Source: an uncultured archaeon (GTDB lineage: Archaea > Thermoproteota > Bathyarchaeia > Bathyarchaeales > Bathycorpusculaceae). Taken from it: DNA of 64,000 nucleotides. Below are positions 9,314-19,861 of this stretch, piece by piece. Under the pieces are notes generated by a model. That model had not been told where the DNA came from, searched no databases, and saw nothing but the letters and a program-made list of their open reading frames with translations. The translations under genes were made by a program, and so were the position numbers. Location of the stretch: contig CAWALK010000015.1 of assembly GCA_963782915.1 (NCBI GenBank), positions 192,001 through 256,000 of the forward strand. Reading direction: 5' to 3'. Each line of letters opens with the position of its first letter. Position 1 is the stretch's first letter.

Positions 9314-10043
9314 ATGCTTATGCTAAATAGAGCCAGCTGGAAGCAACGGATTTTCGGGTACCGTAACCTAATCAGAAGCATCCAGCAGCAAACCATCTTT
9401 CGTATGCTAAACCTTCAAGATGGCGATGTAGTGCTGGATTGCGGATGCGGCGACGGATATTACCTTAACAGCATGGTTGAATGTAGGGCAAATCCAGTTG
9501 CACTGGATTGGAGACTGCCAAAGGGTGTACATTTCTTACGCAACAAACAACCGAAGGTGCCATTTCTAAGAGTCGACGCTCAAAAGCTGCCTTTTGCCGA
9601 TAGCCAATTTGACAAGGTTTTGCTTTCCAGTGTGTTACAGATGGTCGAGAACGATGAAGAGTTGCTCCGTGAATGCCATAGAGTTCTGGGGAATTCAGGT
9701 GTTTTGGTGCTGTCGGTTACGATGGATTACCGTTTTTTTGATACCTTAAACACCGCTAAGTCAGAGCTAAAGGCACGGTTCGGCGTCAGGGGTACAGGAT
9801 ACTATAGTTTGGATGAAGTGAAGGGGTTGCTCGAGAAGGATTTTAGGGTATCAGAGATAGAGTATTCGCCGAAGCTGTTGGGTTCGCTGCTTTATGAGGC
9901 TGAGCTTTACCTGTGGTACCGTTTCAGGATTCCGTTTCTCAGCGCTGCTAATGTTCCCAATTTTTGGGGTAATCGCCTTCTTTGATAGACACTTAGGTGG
10001 GCAAGTCGGCGATGAGTTAATCATTAAGGCACAAAAGCGTTGA
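9314..10043 (+). CDS. Class I SAM-dependent methyltransferase (frameshift near 9945)
   Basis: VLDCGCGDG, DAQKLPFADSQFDKV, ECHRVL; alternate frame ends GDELIIKAQKR* at 10043. Confidence 0.8.
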
Positions 10044-10086
10044 TTTTTGGCAACCGTTTTTTAGGGCGAGTAGGTGTTTCTCTGTA

Positions 10087-10162
10087 GCGTCGATGAAGAC
10101 AATTGCACGTAAGAACTGGAGAAATCCAGAGTGACTGAATATGCATTAGTGTACTGAGCCGC
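10087..10162 (+). ncRNA. Candidate box C/D guide sRNA
   Basis: C box ATGAAGA (10093), guide CAATTGCACGT, D' AAGA, internal hairpin CTGGA/TCCAG, C'-like GTGACTGA, second guide, D box CTGA (10154). Confidence 0.5.
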
Positions 10163-10211
10163 CCATGGCAACATTAATTAAATCAATGTGAAGTATTGCT
10201 GGTAGATTATT

Positions 10212-10544
10212 ATGCCCAAGAACCCAATTGGTCCATTCTGGTTCATCAGAGATGGCGAGAAATTAATCCAATGTAACAAAGAAGCGTTTGACAAAGCCAT
10301 CACTGAAGGAAAAAGCGTCAAGTACAATGGGTATCCTAACATGCGACTGGAAAAAATTGCGGAAGCACTTGAGGCTTCTAGGATGCTCTTACTGTCTCAA
10401 CCAGATTTGCCCACTAGATTCCGTGCAGTGCTCACTGACCCAGCAAACGTGGTAGCAATCGAAGTCATTGACGTTAACGACGCTGAATTCTGGGTTCATG
10501 AATCAAAAAACCCAAAGTACCAAAACACGTTTAGCAAACAATAA
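10212..10544 (+). CDS. Hypothetical protein
   Basis: Clean 110-aa ORF with TATA-like upstream sequence. Confidence 0.65.
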   Translation: MPKNPIGPFWFIRDGEKLIQCNKEAFDKAITEGKSVKYNGYPNMRLEKIAEALEASRMLLLSQPDLPTRFRAVLTDPANVVAIEVIDVNDAEFWVHESKNPKYQNTFSKQ

Positions 10545-10586
10545 AGCCTTAAATGCATAAGGTACAGCAAAAGAGTAAGGGTACTT

Positions 10587-11057
10587 ATGAAATCAATCAT
10601 CCTTTACTCTTCTAGAAGCGGTAATACGAAAAAAATTGCTGAATCCATGGCAGTTGAGGTTGGCTGCGAAGCAATCAAAATAACCTCAGATAGTAATCCA
10701 TCTACTTTGGATTTGGAGGGGTTCGATTTGATTTTTGTCGGCACAGGGCTCTATGCGGGGACACCTAACGAGGACCTTGTGAAGTACCTTAGCAGCCTCA
10801 ACTTGAAAAGCACCAAGCAGTTTGTCCTATTCATTACTTGGGGCGGGGCACCTAGAAGCGACAAAATAGCTTTGGCGAGATTAAGGACGCTGTTGGAAGG
10901 CAAGAAACAGAAGGTACTGGAGGAACATTTTGCTTCTTACGGTGGATGGAAGGGCATTTTGATGAAAAGGGGGCACCCAAAACCCGAAGAGATCCAAGCG
11001 GCAGGTCAATGGGCTAAACAGTTAGTTGAAAAATTGAAAACTCCAAGCTCACCGTAG
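10587..11057 (+). CDS. Flavodoxin family protein
   Basis: ILYSSRSGNTKKIA FMN-binding loop; DLIFVGT. Confidence 0.9.
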   Translation: MKSIILYSSRSGNTKKIAESMAVEVGCEAIKITSDSNPSTLDLEGFDLIFVGTGLYAGTPNEDLVKYLSSLNLKSTKQFVLFITWGGAPRSDKIALARLRTLLEGKKQKVLEEHFASYGGWKGILMKRGHPKPEEIQAAGQWAKQLVEKLKTPSSP

Positions 11058-11117
11058 AAAATTATCTTATGGCAACAGCTACTTTTTGTGCTTCTCTGCC
11101 GCTATTGCATGCGTTGT

Positions 11118-11393
11118 TTAGTTGTGTGCTCTTGTTTTTTTGGCATTAGCCTTTTCGTTTCTTTCCCTATCCAGAAATTCTTCCCATTTGATGCGTTCAC
11201 TATCGATTTCTAGGGGGCAAATCACTTTGGCTATGCCATCGACTATGCCTTCGTTGCTGCCGTGTCTGCAAACCAGATTGCCGCCATCATCGATGTGAAC
11301 ATCGCAGACTTTCTGGTCGAAGCAGAGGCACTCAATCGCCATTGTAGGCTTGGGTAATAAGCAAAGAGTTTCAGTCATCCAACCTACCCGCAC
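11118..11393 (-). CDS. Small Cys-containing hypothetical protein
   Basis: C-x-C...C...C-x-H...CP pattern with charged C-terminal tail. Confidence 0.55.
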   Translation of the reverse strand: MRVGWMTETLCLLPKPTMAIECLCFDQKVCDVHIDDGGNLVCRHGSNEGIVDGIAKVICPLEIDSERIKWEEFLDRERNEKANAKKTRAHN

Positions 11394-11516
11394 AGTTGAT
11401 TTCTGCGGAAATTGTTTATAACACTTTGCTGTATCCCAGATGTTACAACATTTGTCGTTTGTAATCGATACTGTTGTTTTTGTGTAAAGGGTTTGGTAAG
11501 TGACTCATTTTATGGG

Positions 11517-12251
11517 TCAACGCTGATTCTGTTGGTTAATTTGCTGCAGAACATATCTTGCGACGTCTTCTTGCCCCAATGGCACTGGAACACGAGTTGT
11601 ATAAGTTTGGGCACCTGCTCTGCCAGACTGCGAGGTATAGGTGAATGCTAAGACTAACAAGCCCCTGTTTTGCTCTAAGGTGACTTCGTTAAAGTGAGTG
11701 AACATTGTTTTCCAAGTCACCAGTTTATTGTTTAAGAAAACGGCTTCCGCTGTAATGTAGACTTCTTTCACTCCTTCTGCACGGTTTTGTCTGTAGTTAT
11801 TCCATGCTGAAAACTGCCATGCAAACGCAACTACCCCAATCAAACCCAGCATCATTAGAAAAACAACGAATCCAGCTTCTTCATCGAGCACCCAAAAGAG
11901 AATCCCGAAGAAGAGCGCAAACCCTGAGACAATTAGGAATAAGCCTTTCTTCTCGGATTTTTCTTCAGCATACTCGTTTTGTGTGTATTCAGCCCAGAAT
12001 TGGGGTGTATAGGTCCAATGTGCCAGTATTCCTTCGCCGCGTTGGATATGGGTTACTTTTGCTGCCCAACCCAGATACATTAAACCCATGATAGCGGCAG
12101 TTATCGCGATTACGAGGCTGACGAAAGATATCGCGAATCCGCCGTCAAAACCGTCGATTCCCACCAGTTCAGGGATAAAAATCATTATCGCTGCAGACAA
12201 TGCTATTATGAATGAGGCGGTTGCGGTTCTTTTAGGTGGGTTATGGCTCAC
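11517..12251 (-). CDS. Membrane protein (about 4 TM plus soluble C-domain)
   Basis: Hydrophobic helices, LAHWTY..W motif. Confidence 0.75.
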   Translation of the reverse strand: MSHNPPKRTATASFIIALSAAIMIFIPELVGIDGFDGGFAISFVSLVIAITAAIMGLMYLGWAAKVTHIQRGEGILAHWTYTPQFWAEYTQNEYAEEKSEKKGLFLIVSGFALFFGILFWVLDEEAGFVVFLMMLGLIGVVAFAWQFSAWNNYRQNRAEGVKEVYITAEAVFLNNKLVTWKTMFTHFNEVTLEQNRGLLVLAFTYTSQSGRAGAQTYTTRVPVPLGQEDVARYVLQQINQQNQR

Positions 12252-12419
12252 TTGATTGGGGCACCTTACAGTTCAACAGAAGAGAGTGCCATATTATTCT
12301 TTGTATCTAAGCATTGGCAAGATAGAAAGAAGATACTGTTTATTGATGTAGATTCAGCAGACATAACTGCTTTTAAGTCGCACGATACCATAAAGACATA
12401 GAGCCGGATGTAATGCCCA

Positions 12420-13473
12420 GTGCTAAATAATCTAAAAATAAAATCATCAAGAATTCTTAAAAGCCGTTTAGCACTCAGCACAGTTGTAACAACACTCATT
12501 ATACTAGTCATATCCGTGTTACTTGCCGGCGTTGTATCCTACTTTGCTATCAACGTTACCAGCACACGCGTCCAAGAAGAAAGCCTTGCTGATTACTAAA
12601 CCGCACATTTGGTGCCCACAGAACTCAGCGGATAACCCTCAAGCCGCTTTAGCAATAGTTAACACCGGCGGCCGAGACGTAGTTATAACTAAAGTAACCG
12701 TTCGCGGGCAAGAGGCAATTCCGGCTAATGTTTATTACGGTACAACTGAGGACCCTGTAACTGATAAAATCGCGTATACTACCCTATCAGGGGATATATC
12801 GGTCGATATTGGCGATGGCAATTCCGTATCATTAAAAGCGTCTACAGGTGCTTTAACGTTGAATACCGGAAAAAGCCTTGTGATTTACATCGATAATCCC
12901 GACAGTATCTCCGTAAACGACGTTGGCCTTACAGTTGGAATAACGGTTTTTACTTCCCAGGCCATGTACTATAAAGAATCAAACGTCCAAACACCAGTAG
13001 AAGTAGCTGGTGAGGAAGCGCAACCTGAGCCGACTCCCACTCCGACTCCTGAAGAAGCATACATCGGCAACGAACACACATGGTACAATGAAGCTGAGAG
13101 CACATCCCAAGCAGCATTTCTAATAACAAACGGTCTCTCAGAAGCCGTAACCATAACCAGTGTCGATCTTGCAGGAGACCCAATAGCTAAGGAAGCCTTG
13201 TTCATCTACAAAGGCACGTTTTCACTAAACGATGACCTTACATGGATAACTGACGTTGGGGTGGATTCTGCCACTGTATTAGGCGGTGCAGCAACCCTGT
13301 CAGCGGTAGATGACTTTCCTATTACCTTAGAGGCGGGGCAAAGCATGATTGTCTATATTAAAAGTCCAACAAACATCGTTGTAGCCAACATCGGACATGC
13401 ATCAATGGCTATAGGGGTTACCTTGCAAACAGGTGGTCACTGCTGGGGATACGCTGACGTATTAGCGCCATAA
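12420..13473 (+). CDS. Archaellin/type IV pilin-like protein with two tandem globular domains (frameshift near 12588)
   Basis: GTG at 12420 gives KSRLA|LSTVVTTLIILVISVLLAGVV class III signal peptide, joining the 12523 ORF at ...QEESL/ITKPHIW. Confidence 0.75.
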
Positions 13474-13477
13474 CCCT

Positions 13478-13687
13478 CTATAAGCTAAATCTGCCCATTC
13501 TACGCAGAATCAAATTGGCTATGCCCCAAACGACCACGTCAGCAATGAGCATAACCAGAAACGGTATGTATCCCAAAAATGTTAGAATGAAAAGTATCGT
13601 AATCAGCACTATAGATATGACGCCTATTATTCTTTTTTTGTTGCGGATTTGTTGGGATGCATATTCGGATTCGGGCATAACGGTCAC
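13478..13687 (-). CDS. Small two-TM membrane protein
   Basis: KKR followed by two hydrophobic helices. Confidence 0.6.
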   Translation of the reverse strand: MTVMPESEYASQQIRNKKRIIGVISIVLITILFILTFLGYIPFLVMLIADVVVWGIANLILRRMGRFSL

Positions 13688-13855
13688 TATGCTTCAAATG
13701 CGGAAGCTCTTAAAAAGGATTTTAAGGCAAAATTGAATTTCGGTAAAGGTCATGGAAATGCTTGGCTTTTGTTATAGAACATTGCGCTTTTTTATCCAAA
13801 TTAGTGGTTCATAATCAATATTAGGCATCTACAACAAAGTTAGCTCTCGATCGCT

Positions 13856-14035
13856 ATGCTAAGTTTAAAGGGCAAAAACCAAAAGAATGCGCTAACAACA
13901 AAACCTAATCTACAGCAGCCAAACCATCGCAAGAGCTTTTTTCTTTGCCCCTCATGCACCTGCTGGTTCACAAACCAACGCGACTTAAACTTTCACACAA
14001 AAAACTATTGCCGCAAAACCCACAAGAAAAACTAA
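13856..14035 (+). CDS. Small C2HC zinc-finger protein (59 aa)
   Basis: FLCPSCTCWFTNQRDLNFHTKNYC = C-x2-C-x3-F-x5-L-x2-H-x4-C. Confidence 0.65.
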   Translation: MLSLKGKNQKNALTTKPNLQQPNHRKSFFLCPSCTCWFTNQRDLNFHTKNYCRKTHKKN

Positions 14036-14084
14036 GTCGCAACACACAACCTAAATAAGCCATTTTCGCCAATTCCGATGTACC

Positions 14085-14618
14085 TTGAACCCAATAAAAA
14101 TTAAGTTACCCCAAAACGTGGGCTTCACCTGTAAAAACTGCGGCGTCTGCTGCAAAATGCAGCCGCCCGATGTTGATAAAAACGAGCAGAAGCGCATAAA
14201 AGACAGAGGGTTTAAAGACTTTTTGGAGCAACCCGACGAGACGGGTCTTGATTGGATACGGCGAAAACAAGATGACAGCTGCTGGTTTCTAACCAAGGAT
14301 AATAAATGCCAAATCTATGATGCGCGACCTGCTGTTTGTAGGCTTGAACCATTCACTATCGTGGATTTTGATTATGAAACTAACACGGTTGAGTTGGAAC
14401 CGAATTTTCCATTTTCCGAATGCTGTGTGGGCTTCAATGAGGACCCTAAAACGGTATCCAGAGAAGATTTAGTTAAAGCTGTGCAGGTTTTGATACGTAA
14501 AATTATAGATTTGACTGCAGAGGACCTTGAGTTGCCTGTGACGGATAAGCGGGTTCTTGTTGAGACTCGTTCAAGGTTGCTTAGAAGAAGTGTTGAAGTT
14601 GCGGATTTGAATCTGTAA
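14085..14618 (+). CDS. YkgJ family (CxxCxxCC) Fe-S/Zn protein
   Basis: CKNCGVCC, CWFL...CQIY..RP.VCR.EPF. Confidence 0.9.
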   Translation: MNPIKIKLPQNVGFTCKNCGVCCKMQPPDVDKNEQKRIKDRGFKDFLEQPDETGLDWIRRKQDDSCWFLTKDNKCQIYDARPAVCRLEPFTIVDFDYETNTVELEPNFPFSECCVGFNEDPKTVSREDLVKAVQVLIRKIIDLTAEDLELPVTDKRVLVETRSRLLRRSVEVADLNL

Positions 14619-15165
14619 CTGATTGTTTGCTTGCGGATTACACTGCAAACAACCTGCAACTGACCTCGCTGGAACTAAAACCCAATCGTCAGCAATGCCC
14701 GCTGGTTTGTAAATAGTGGATTAAATGGTGTGTTCTTGTTTTTGTTTTTTCTCTTTATGTGGGTGTGGCGGTTTTTAATTTTCCACAAGATTGCTTGAGG
14801 GGGCGACTGCATTTTGGGGTTGCAACGTTTTTTGGCGCCTGTTTAGGTGTGGGATAAGGGTTTTTCTCCACACGCCCTACATGGCTCTATGTGGACTAAG
14901 TCAGGGTGTGGATGTGGAAGCATGTATCGATTGTTTTTTTCTCTACAAGAACAGCTGTTTTTTGATGTTTACCGCATCTGAGTTTGGTTGCAAGTTTGCT
15001 TGTGGAGACTTCTACAAACAGAACAGCATAGATTTTTGATCGTACTATCAAATAAGAGGTGTTTACATCAACAACGAACAAATAAAAACAGACCCCCAAC
15101 ATTTGAGTACTGCTAAAGCAGTGCACTTAACCGTTTAATGCATTAGCGTGTAAACGTTTTTATCG

Positions 15166-15792
15166 TTGAGCCAAAATAGGAATTCTGCGATACCAATGCC
15201 AGACCCCATATCAACATTAACCAACACCTTCGTGTTACTTGGCACCGCATCATTCATGATAATAATCGCATTCCTCTGCACTACCCTAAGCTTCTCAAAA
15301 CTCCCAGCTACCCGACAGGGGCTTATCGCAAAACTAACAATCGGCACCGTTTTGGGTTTTCTGGCCATATACGCCACAATTATGGCTATTAAATTGCCCG
15401 ACGGCACCATACCCAACGTCAGAGAATTAGCCGCCATGATCGCAGGCGTAACAGGTGGACCAATAGCAGGTTTATTGGCGGGTTTGATTGGGGGAATTCA
15501 CCGTTTTAGCTTAAGCGGCGTTACAGCTGTGCCCTGTGGCTTGGCAACGGTTCTTGTGGGCACAATCGCAGGCCTTGTTAGCACGAGGCTTGTGGGTAAA
15601 ACGTACTGGCTAAAAGCTGCCGCCTTAGGTTTTGTTTTGGAGTCGCTTGCTATGGGGTTGGTTTTCGTGTTTGTGCCCTTCGATACAGCGTTGGGTATTG
15701 TGTCTCAGGTGTATGTTCCCATGGTTGCAGCCAGCACAGTTGGGTTGGCACTGTGGACGTTTTTGCTTAATAAATTGGAAATACAACGCTAA
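15166..15792 (+). CDS. Stand-alone LytS/YhcK-type 5TM receptor domain protein
   Basis: NVRELAAMIAG..GGPIAGLLAGLIGGIHR motif; no kinase domain. Confidence 0.85.
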   Translation: MSQNRNSAIPMPDPISTLTNTFVLLGTASFMIIIAFLCTTLSFSKLPATRQGLIAKLTIGTVLGFLAIYATIMAIKLPDGTIPNVRELAAMIAGVTGGPIAGLLAGLIGGIHRFSLSGVTAVPCGLATVLVGTIAGLVSTRLVGKTYWLKAAALGFVLESLAMGLVFVFVPFDTALGIVSQVYVPMVAASTVGLALWTFLLNKLEIQR

Positions 15793-15845
15793 CTAAACCG
15801 ATTTTTAGTTAAAAGCTTTTTTTGGTTTTCTAAAAAAGGAGAAGA

Positions 15846-16842
15846 TTAAGGCAATGTAACCGCTTGGGGCTCAAGAGCTCTAAGCGCTGACGCATCAATG
15901 TAATCGGCGATTACAGGCACGGTCTTCTGTGTCAGTTAAACCGTTGCTTATCATCCATGCGACTTCATGCTCCATAACACTTCCAAGTTTCCCTGTCAGC
16001 GTCAAAGTGCAGTTGTTACGGGACCAAACCGAAGCTATGTAAGCGTCTGTGTAGTTGAATCGGGCTTTAATTATCTGCTGAGTCTCTGCGGGGTTACTGC
16101 TTACATAATCTTGTGCATGTGCAAGCGCCACCAAAAGGTTATGGACAGTTTCTGGGTGGCTGCTTAACCAATCATTCCTGCAACTCAACACACTAAAAAA
16201 GGGTTCATCCAGCTGCAGGGGCCAATCAACAAACCCAGTTTCCAACCGCATCTTCACCTGCTCATTGTACAACTGCCAAGAAACAACCGCATCAACCGTA
16301 CCATTGCCAATAGCCTCAGCGAATTGTCCAGGCGGATAATAAACCAACGTTACATCCTGCATAGTCATGCCGTTTGCTGCCAAAAAGCGCCCAAGGTCAA
16401 ATTCGGCGACGGTGCTCTTTGCGGTGGCGACGGTTTTGCCCTTTAGGTCAGCTGGTTCGGATATTCCGCGGTCTTGTCTTGCGATTAAATCTACGATTTG
16501 TGCTTCACCCAAGGATGCGATGATGCTGATGTTCTGATTTTGGACGGCATTGAATGCGACGACATATTCGGAGGAGCCAGCAATGTCTACTGCGCCGCTT
16601 GTTAGGGCATCAACTGCGACGGTACCAGTAGCGTAATCTGAGATGGTTACGTTGAGTCGGTTGTCTGTGAAGTAACCCTGCTGCTGCGCAACATAGAGGA
16701 GCGCAAATGATTCGACTGGTACATGCCCCACCGTTACTGATTCAAGTGCGGGTGATGGCGTTAGGTTCTGGTAGACAAGTACTCCGCTGATAACTATGAT
16801 AAGTAAAACTGCCGTGACTGCGATTAGCGCCAAACGTTTCAA
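15846..16842 (-). CDS. NMT1/SsuA-like ABC substrate-binding protein (frameshift near 15925)
   Basis: N-terminal anchor, LLYVAQQQGYF, DLKGKTVA, VDAVVSW; alternate frame ends ALEPQAVTLP*. Confidence 0.85.
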
Positions 16843-16884
16843 GGGTTCCCTTACTCCGTTGCCCGTCTTTTTGAGGGATGATAC

Positions 16885-16901
16885 TATAAAAAAATAGTGC
16901 A
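16885..16901 (-). promoter_or_regulatory. 17-bp promoter/operator box upstream of SBP paralog 1
   Basis: TATAAAAAAATAGTGCA, identical to 17969-17985. Confidence 0.65.
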
Positions 16902-16927
16902 CCGATAAACAGGATATTAGGGAATCG

Positions 16928-17924
16928 TCACTGGATTTCGACTGCATCTGGCTTTAGTTGCTTTAAGAAGTCGATGGCTATGAAATTCCTTATTGTAGGC
17001 TCCGTTTTTTGCGTTGTCAGGTTGTTGCTTATGAGCCAATTAGCCTCTTCCTGCATAGCATCAGTCATGGTTTGTGTTAGTGAGAGGCGGAAATTGTTTC
17101 TGTTCCAAACGGTTGTAAGGTAGCTGTCGGTGTAGTTGAAATTGTCTTTAATGAGCTGCTGCGCCTCGGCGGGGTGGCTTTCGACATAGTTTTGGGCTTC
17201 TAAGAGAGATTCTATGAGGCGATTTACGGCGTCTGTGTGGGTGGTTATCCAGTCGTTTCTGCAGCTAAGAACACTATAGGCGGTTGTGTCTGCGTTAAGC
17301 GACCAACTGGTGTAGCCACTTTGCAGCTCCATTAGGATTTGATCCGTGTAGGGTTCCCAAGAAACCACTGCATCCAATGAGCCATTAACAATCGAATCTT
17401 TGAACTGTGCGGGTATAACGTTGACGATGTTGACTTCTCCCATGCTTAACCCGTTTGATTCGAGGAATTGGCCGAGATTGAATTCAGCGACTGTTTTTAG
17501 TGCGACACCGATTGTTTTACCCGAAAGATCTGAGGCATTGGTTATTTCTCGGTCGGTTCGGGCGATTAAATCCATCATTTCGCTGTCTCCAACGGCAGCT
17601 ATTATGCTGATGTTTTGTTTCTCCACCGCGTTTAGGGCAACTACATATTCAGATGAGCCAGCGACTTCGACTTCGTTGTTGGTTAGGGCGTTGACAGCGA
17701 TTGGGCCTGTGTTGTAGTCTTTTATGGTTACGTTTAGGTTGTTTTGTTCAAAATAATGTTGGTTTTGGGCGATGTAGAGTAGGGTGAAGGATTCCATGGG
17801 TACATGCCCAATAGTTACCGATTCAAGCATTGGTGCAGGAGCGTATGTTTTGGTAGATTAGTGTTCCACTAACAATTACAATTACCAGCACAGAGATTAT
17901 TGCGATTGTGACTGAACGTTTCAA
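16928..17924 (-). CDS. NMT1/SsuA-like ABC substrate-binding protein, tandem paralog (frameshift near 17850)
   Basis: LESVTIGHVPMESFTLLYIAQ matches the neighbour; signal anchor LKRSVTIAIISVLVIV in a shifted frame. Confidence 0.85.
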
Positions 17925-17968
17925 TTATCGGTTGCTCCATTAACACGTACCTGTTTAGCGGTATAAGG

Positions 17969-17985
17969 TATAAAAAAATAGTGCA
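17969..17985 (-). promoter_or_regulatory. 17-bp promoter/operator box upstream of SBP paralog 2
   Basis: Identical to 16885-16901, similar distance to the start codon. Confidence 0.65.
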
Positions 17986-18051
17986 ACAACAGAAGCTCAA
18001 GGCAAAAAACGAAAAAAGAATAGTGGATACTACAGTGCTTGTAGTAACGTC

Positions 18052-18576
18052 TTATGAAGATGGAATTGGCAAAAACTCGCCAGTTACCGCATCAACCAAA
18101 CAGTAACCATCATGTGTTAGCGGCATCAAATCAGCTGAAGCATCGTAAGCAACGATTTGCCACATATACTGGTAAGTTACGCCGTCGATGACGAAGTCTG
18201 AATAGTCAACTTGCGGAGTATCCAAGGCATTAACGACAACAGTTTGGTTAGATGCCTCATCAACGTAGCCATAGACAAGTTTAACATCGACTCTTGTTGC
18301 CTTAAGTTCCATTAGAGAATCTTCCGTCCAAGTTGTGTATTCGAACGCTGTCAGAAGAGCAGGATACATGGCGATAGGGGGAGCGAAGGTGTTGTTTGCG
18401 TTGTCACTTACTATCTGCCCTATGGTGCTGTGGTAGAGTAATCTGTTGCTATTTTGTGCGTTAGCGTTTACTTGTTGGTTGAGATTCTGGTTTTGAACAT
18501 ATAAGTAAGCGGTCATACCTAACGAAACGATAAGGATAGCCACCAAAACAACTGATAACATTGAATTTTTATTCAT
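18052..18576 (-). CDS. Membrane-anchored extracellular protein (PepSY-like C-terminus)
   Basis: N-terminal TM, short coil, ends LVDAVTGE. Confidence 0.65.
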   Translation of the reverse strand: MNKNSMLSVVLVAILIVSLGMTAYLYVQNQNLNQQVNANAQNSNRLLYHSTIGQIVSDNANNTFAPPIAMYPALLTAFEYTTWTEDSLMELKATRVDVKLVYGYVDEASNQTVVVNALDTPQVDYSDFVIDGVTYQYMWQIVAYDASADLMPLTHDGYCLVDAVTGEFLPIPSS

Positions 18577-18703
18577 TTTAAGCCCTTAAAGCCACCTAAG
18601 CAAGCAAGCGGTAATATAAGTTTTTAGCGATCATATACAACGCTGATAAAAGACAAGGGGAAACTGCGAAAAATAGAAATTACTGAAATATTTAATTGCT
18701 GAC

Positions 18704-18997
18704 TTATGGGATTTTGGCAACGATTTCTTTTACTTCACTTAAACTAAAAGCCCTCATCGTCATCGTTTCCTGGTTCCCTGTAGCAGCAATAGCCAAAGAG
18801 AAGGCAGCAACAGTCAAATCATCTGCGAATTCAACTTTCGCCACTGCATCGTATGGTCCCATGGTAAGGTTCCAATCCAGCATTTTTCCGCCAAATTTAG
18901 CCACAGCAGCGTTGGCGCTCTCAACGTCTTTTGCGAGCGTTTTAGGATTAGCCAGCCCTTTTTGGGTTGATTTAATCAAAACTATGTAAGTCGGCAT
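18704..18997 (-). CDS. GYD domain protein
   Basis: MPTYIVL...GG......TMGPYD.V...TMRAF. Confidence 0.85.
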   Translation of the reverse strand: MPTYIVLIKSTQKGLANPKTLAKDVESANAAVAKFGGKMLDWNLTMGPYDAVAKVEFADDLTVAAFSLAIAATGNQETMTMRAFSLSEVKEIVAKIP

Positions 18998-19140
18998 ATT
19001 TTTCGTGCGTCTCCAAATGGAATAAACAAGTTAACACTAGGATAACTGGATTCGGCGGTTAAAAATGTTCTTAGATTTGGGGTCGGGTGAATTGGGTAAA
19101 CCTTTTATCCATTGACAATTAATGGCTAACTGGGGTAGCA

Positions 19141-19596
19141 GTGACTAAATCATTAATAGCGTTTGTAGTTGCATTCATGTTAGCGGCACTATTTTCGTTT
19201 CTCTCCTTGGCTTCCCGATTAACACTAATAGCATCATTAGCCCCCAACGATTTCCTCGGATTAGGCGCATTAAACAACGCCATAGCAATTGCTCTTAATT
19301 TGGCATGTCTTGGAGTATTTTTTGGCGCATTCTACTTTTTAGCCACAAAACATATCACGGCTTCAAAATCAACGGTTTTAGCGATGATTATCGGAGTTAT
19401 TATGGGTTCAGCAATCATGTATCCGTTAATTTTGGTCTCCTCTAGCAGCATAAGCTTTGGGTATTACTTGACTATGCTGGGTGGGTTGGTTACAGCGGTT
19501 TTTCAGTGTTTTCTCCCAGCGTTAACAGCGTTGTTATTTGTCGAATTGAGGCAGAAAACTCAAAAGGTTGAAGAGATTCCGCCAAACGTTATTTAG
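19141..19596 (+). CDS. Four-TM membrane protein
   Basis: Hydrophobicity pattern. Confidence 0.7.
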   Translation: MTKSLIAFVVAFMLAALFSFLSLASRLTLIASLAPNDFLGLGALNNAIAIALNLACLGVFFGAFYFLATKHITASKSTVLAMIIGVIMGSAIMYPLILVSSSSISFGYYLTMLGGLVTAVFQCFLPALTALLFVELRQKTQKVEEIPPNVI

Positions 19597-19747
19597 GGAT
19601 TTTTGCAGCAATACATAGGCTTGTTTGCCGAATCGAGTCTGTTAGTCTTAAGCGGTCGATAAACAAAAGGGCAAATAAGATATTTAGGAAAAGAAAGACA
19701 ACCCTGAGCTTCAGGTTGCCAACTGGTTGTCGGTATTTTTTTTTGTC

Positions 19748-19861
19748 TTACGGTTCTTTTGCCCAGTAGAATTTTTCGGCGCGGTAGCAATCAAAGCATA
19801 ATGGCTTTTCGTCTATGGTGTATTCGGGTTTCTTTTCGCCGCAATTTGCGCATTCATCCAT
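19748..19861 (-). CDS. Zn-finger microprotein (37 aa)
   Basis: MDECANCGEKKPEYTIDEKPLCFDCYRAEKFYWAKEP*; AGGTGA RBS upstream. Confidence 0.7.
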   Translation of the reverse strand: MDECANCGEKKPEYTIDEKPLCFDCYRAEKFYWAKEP

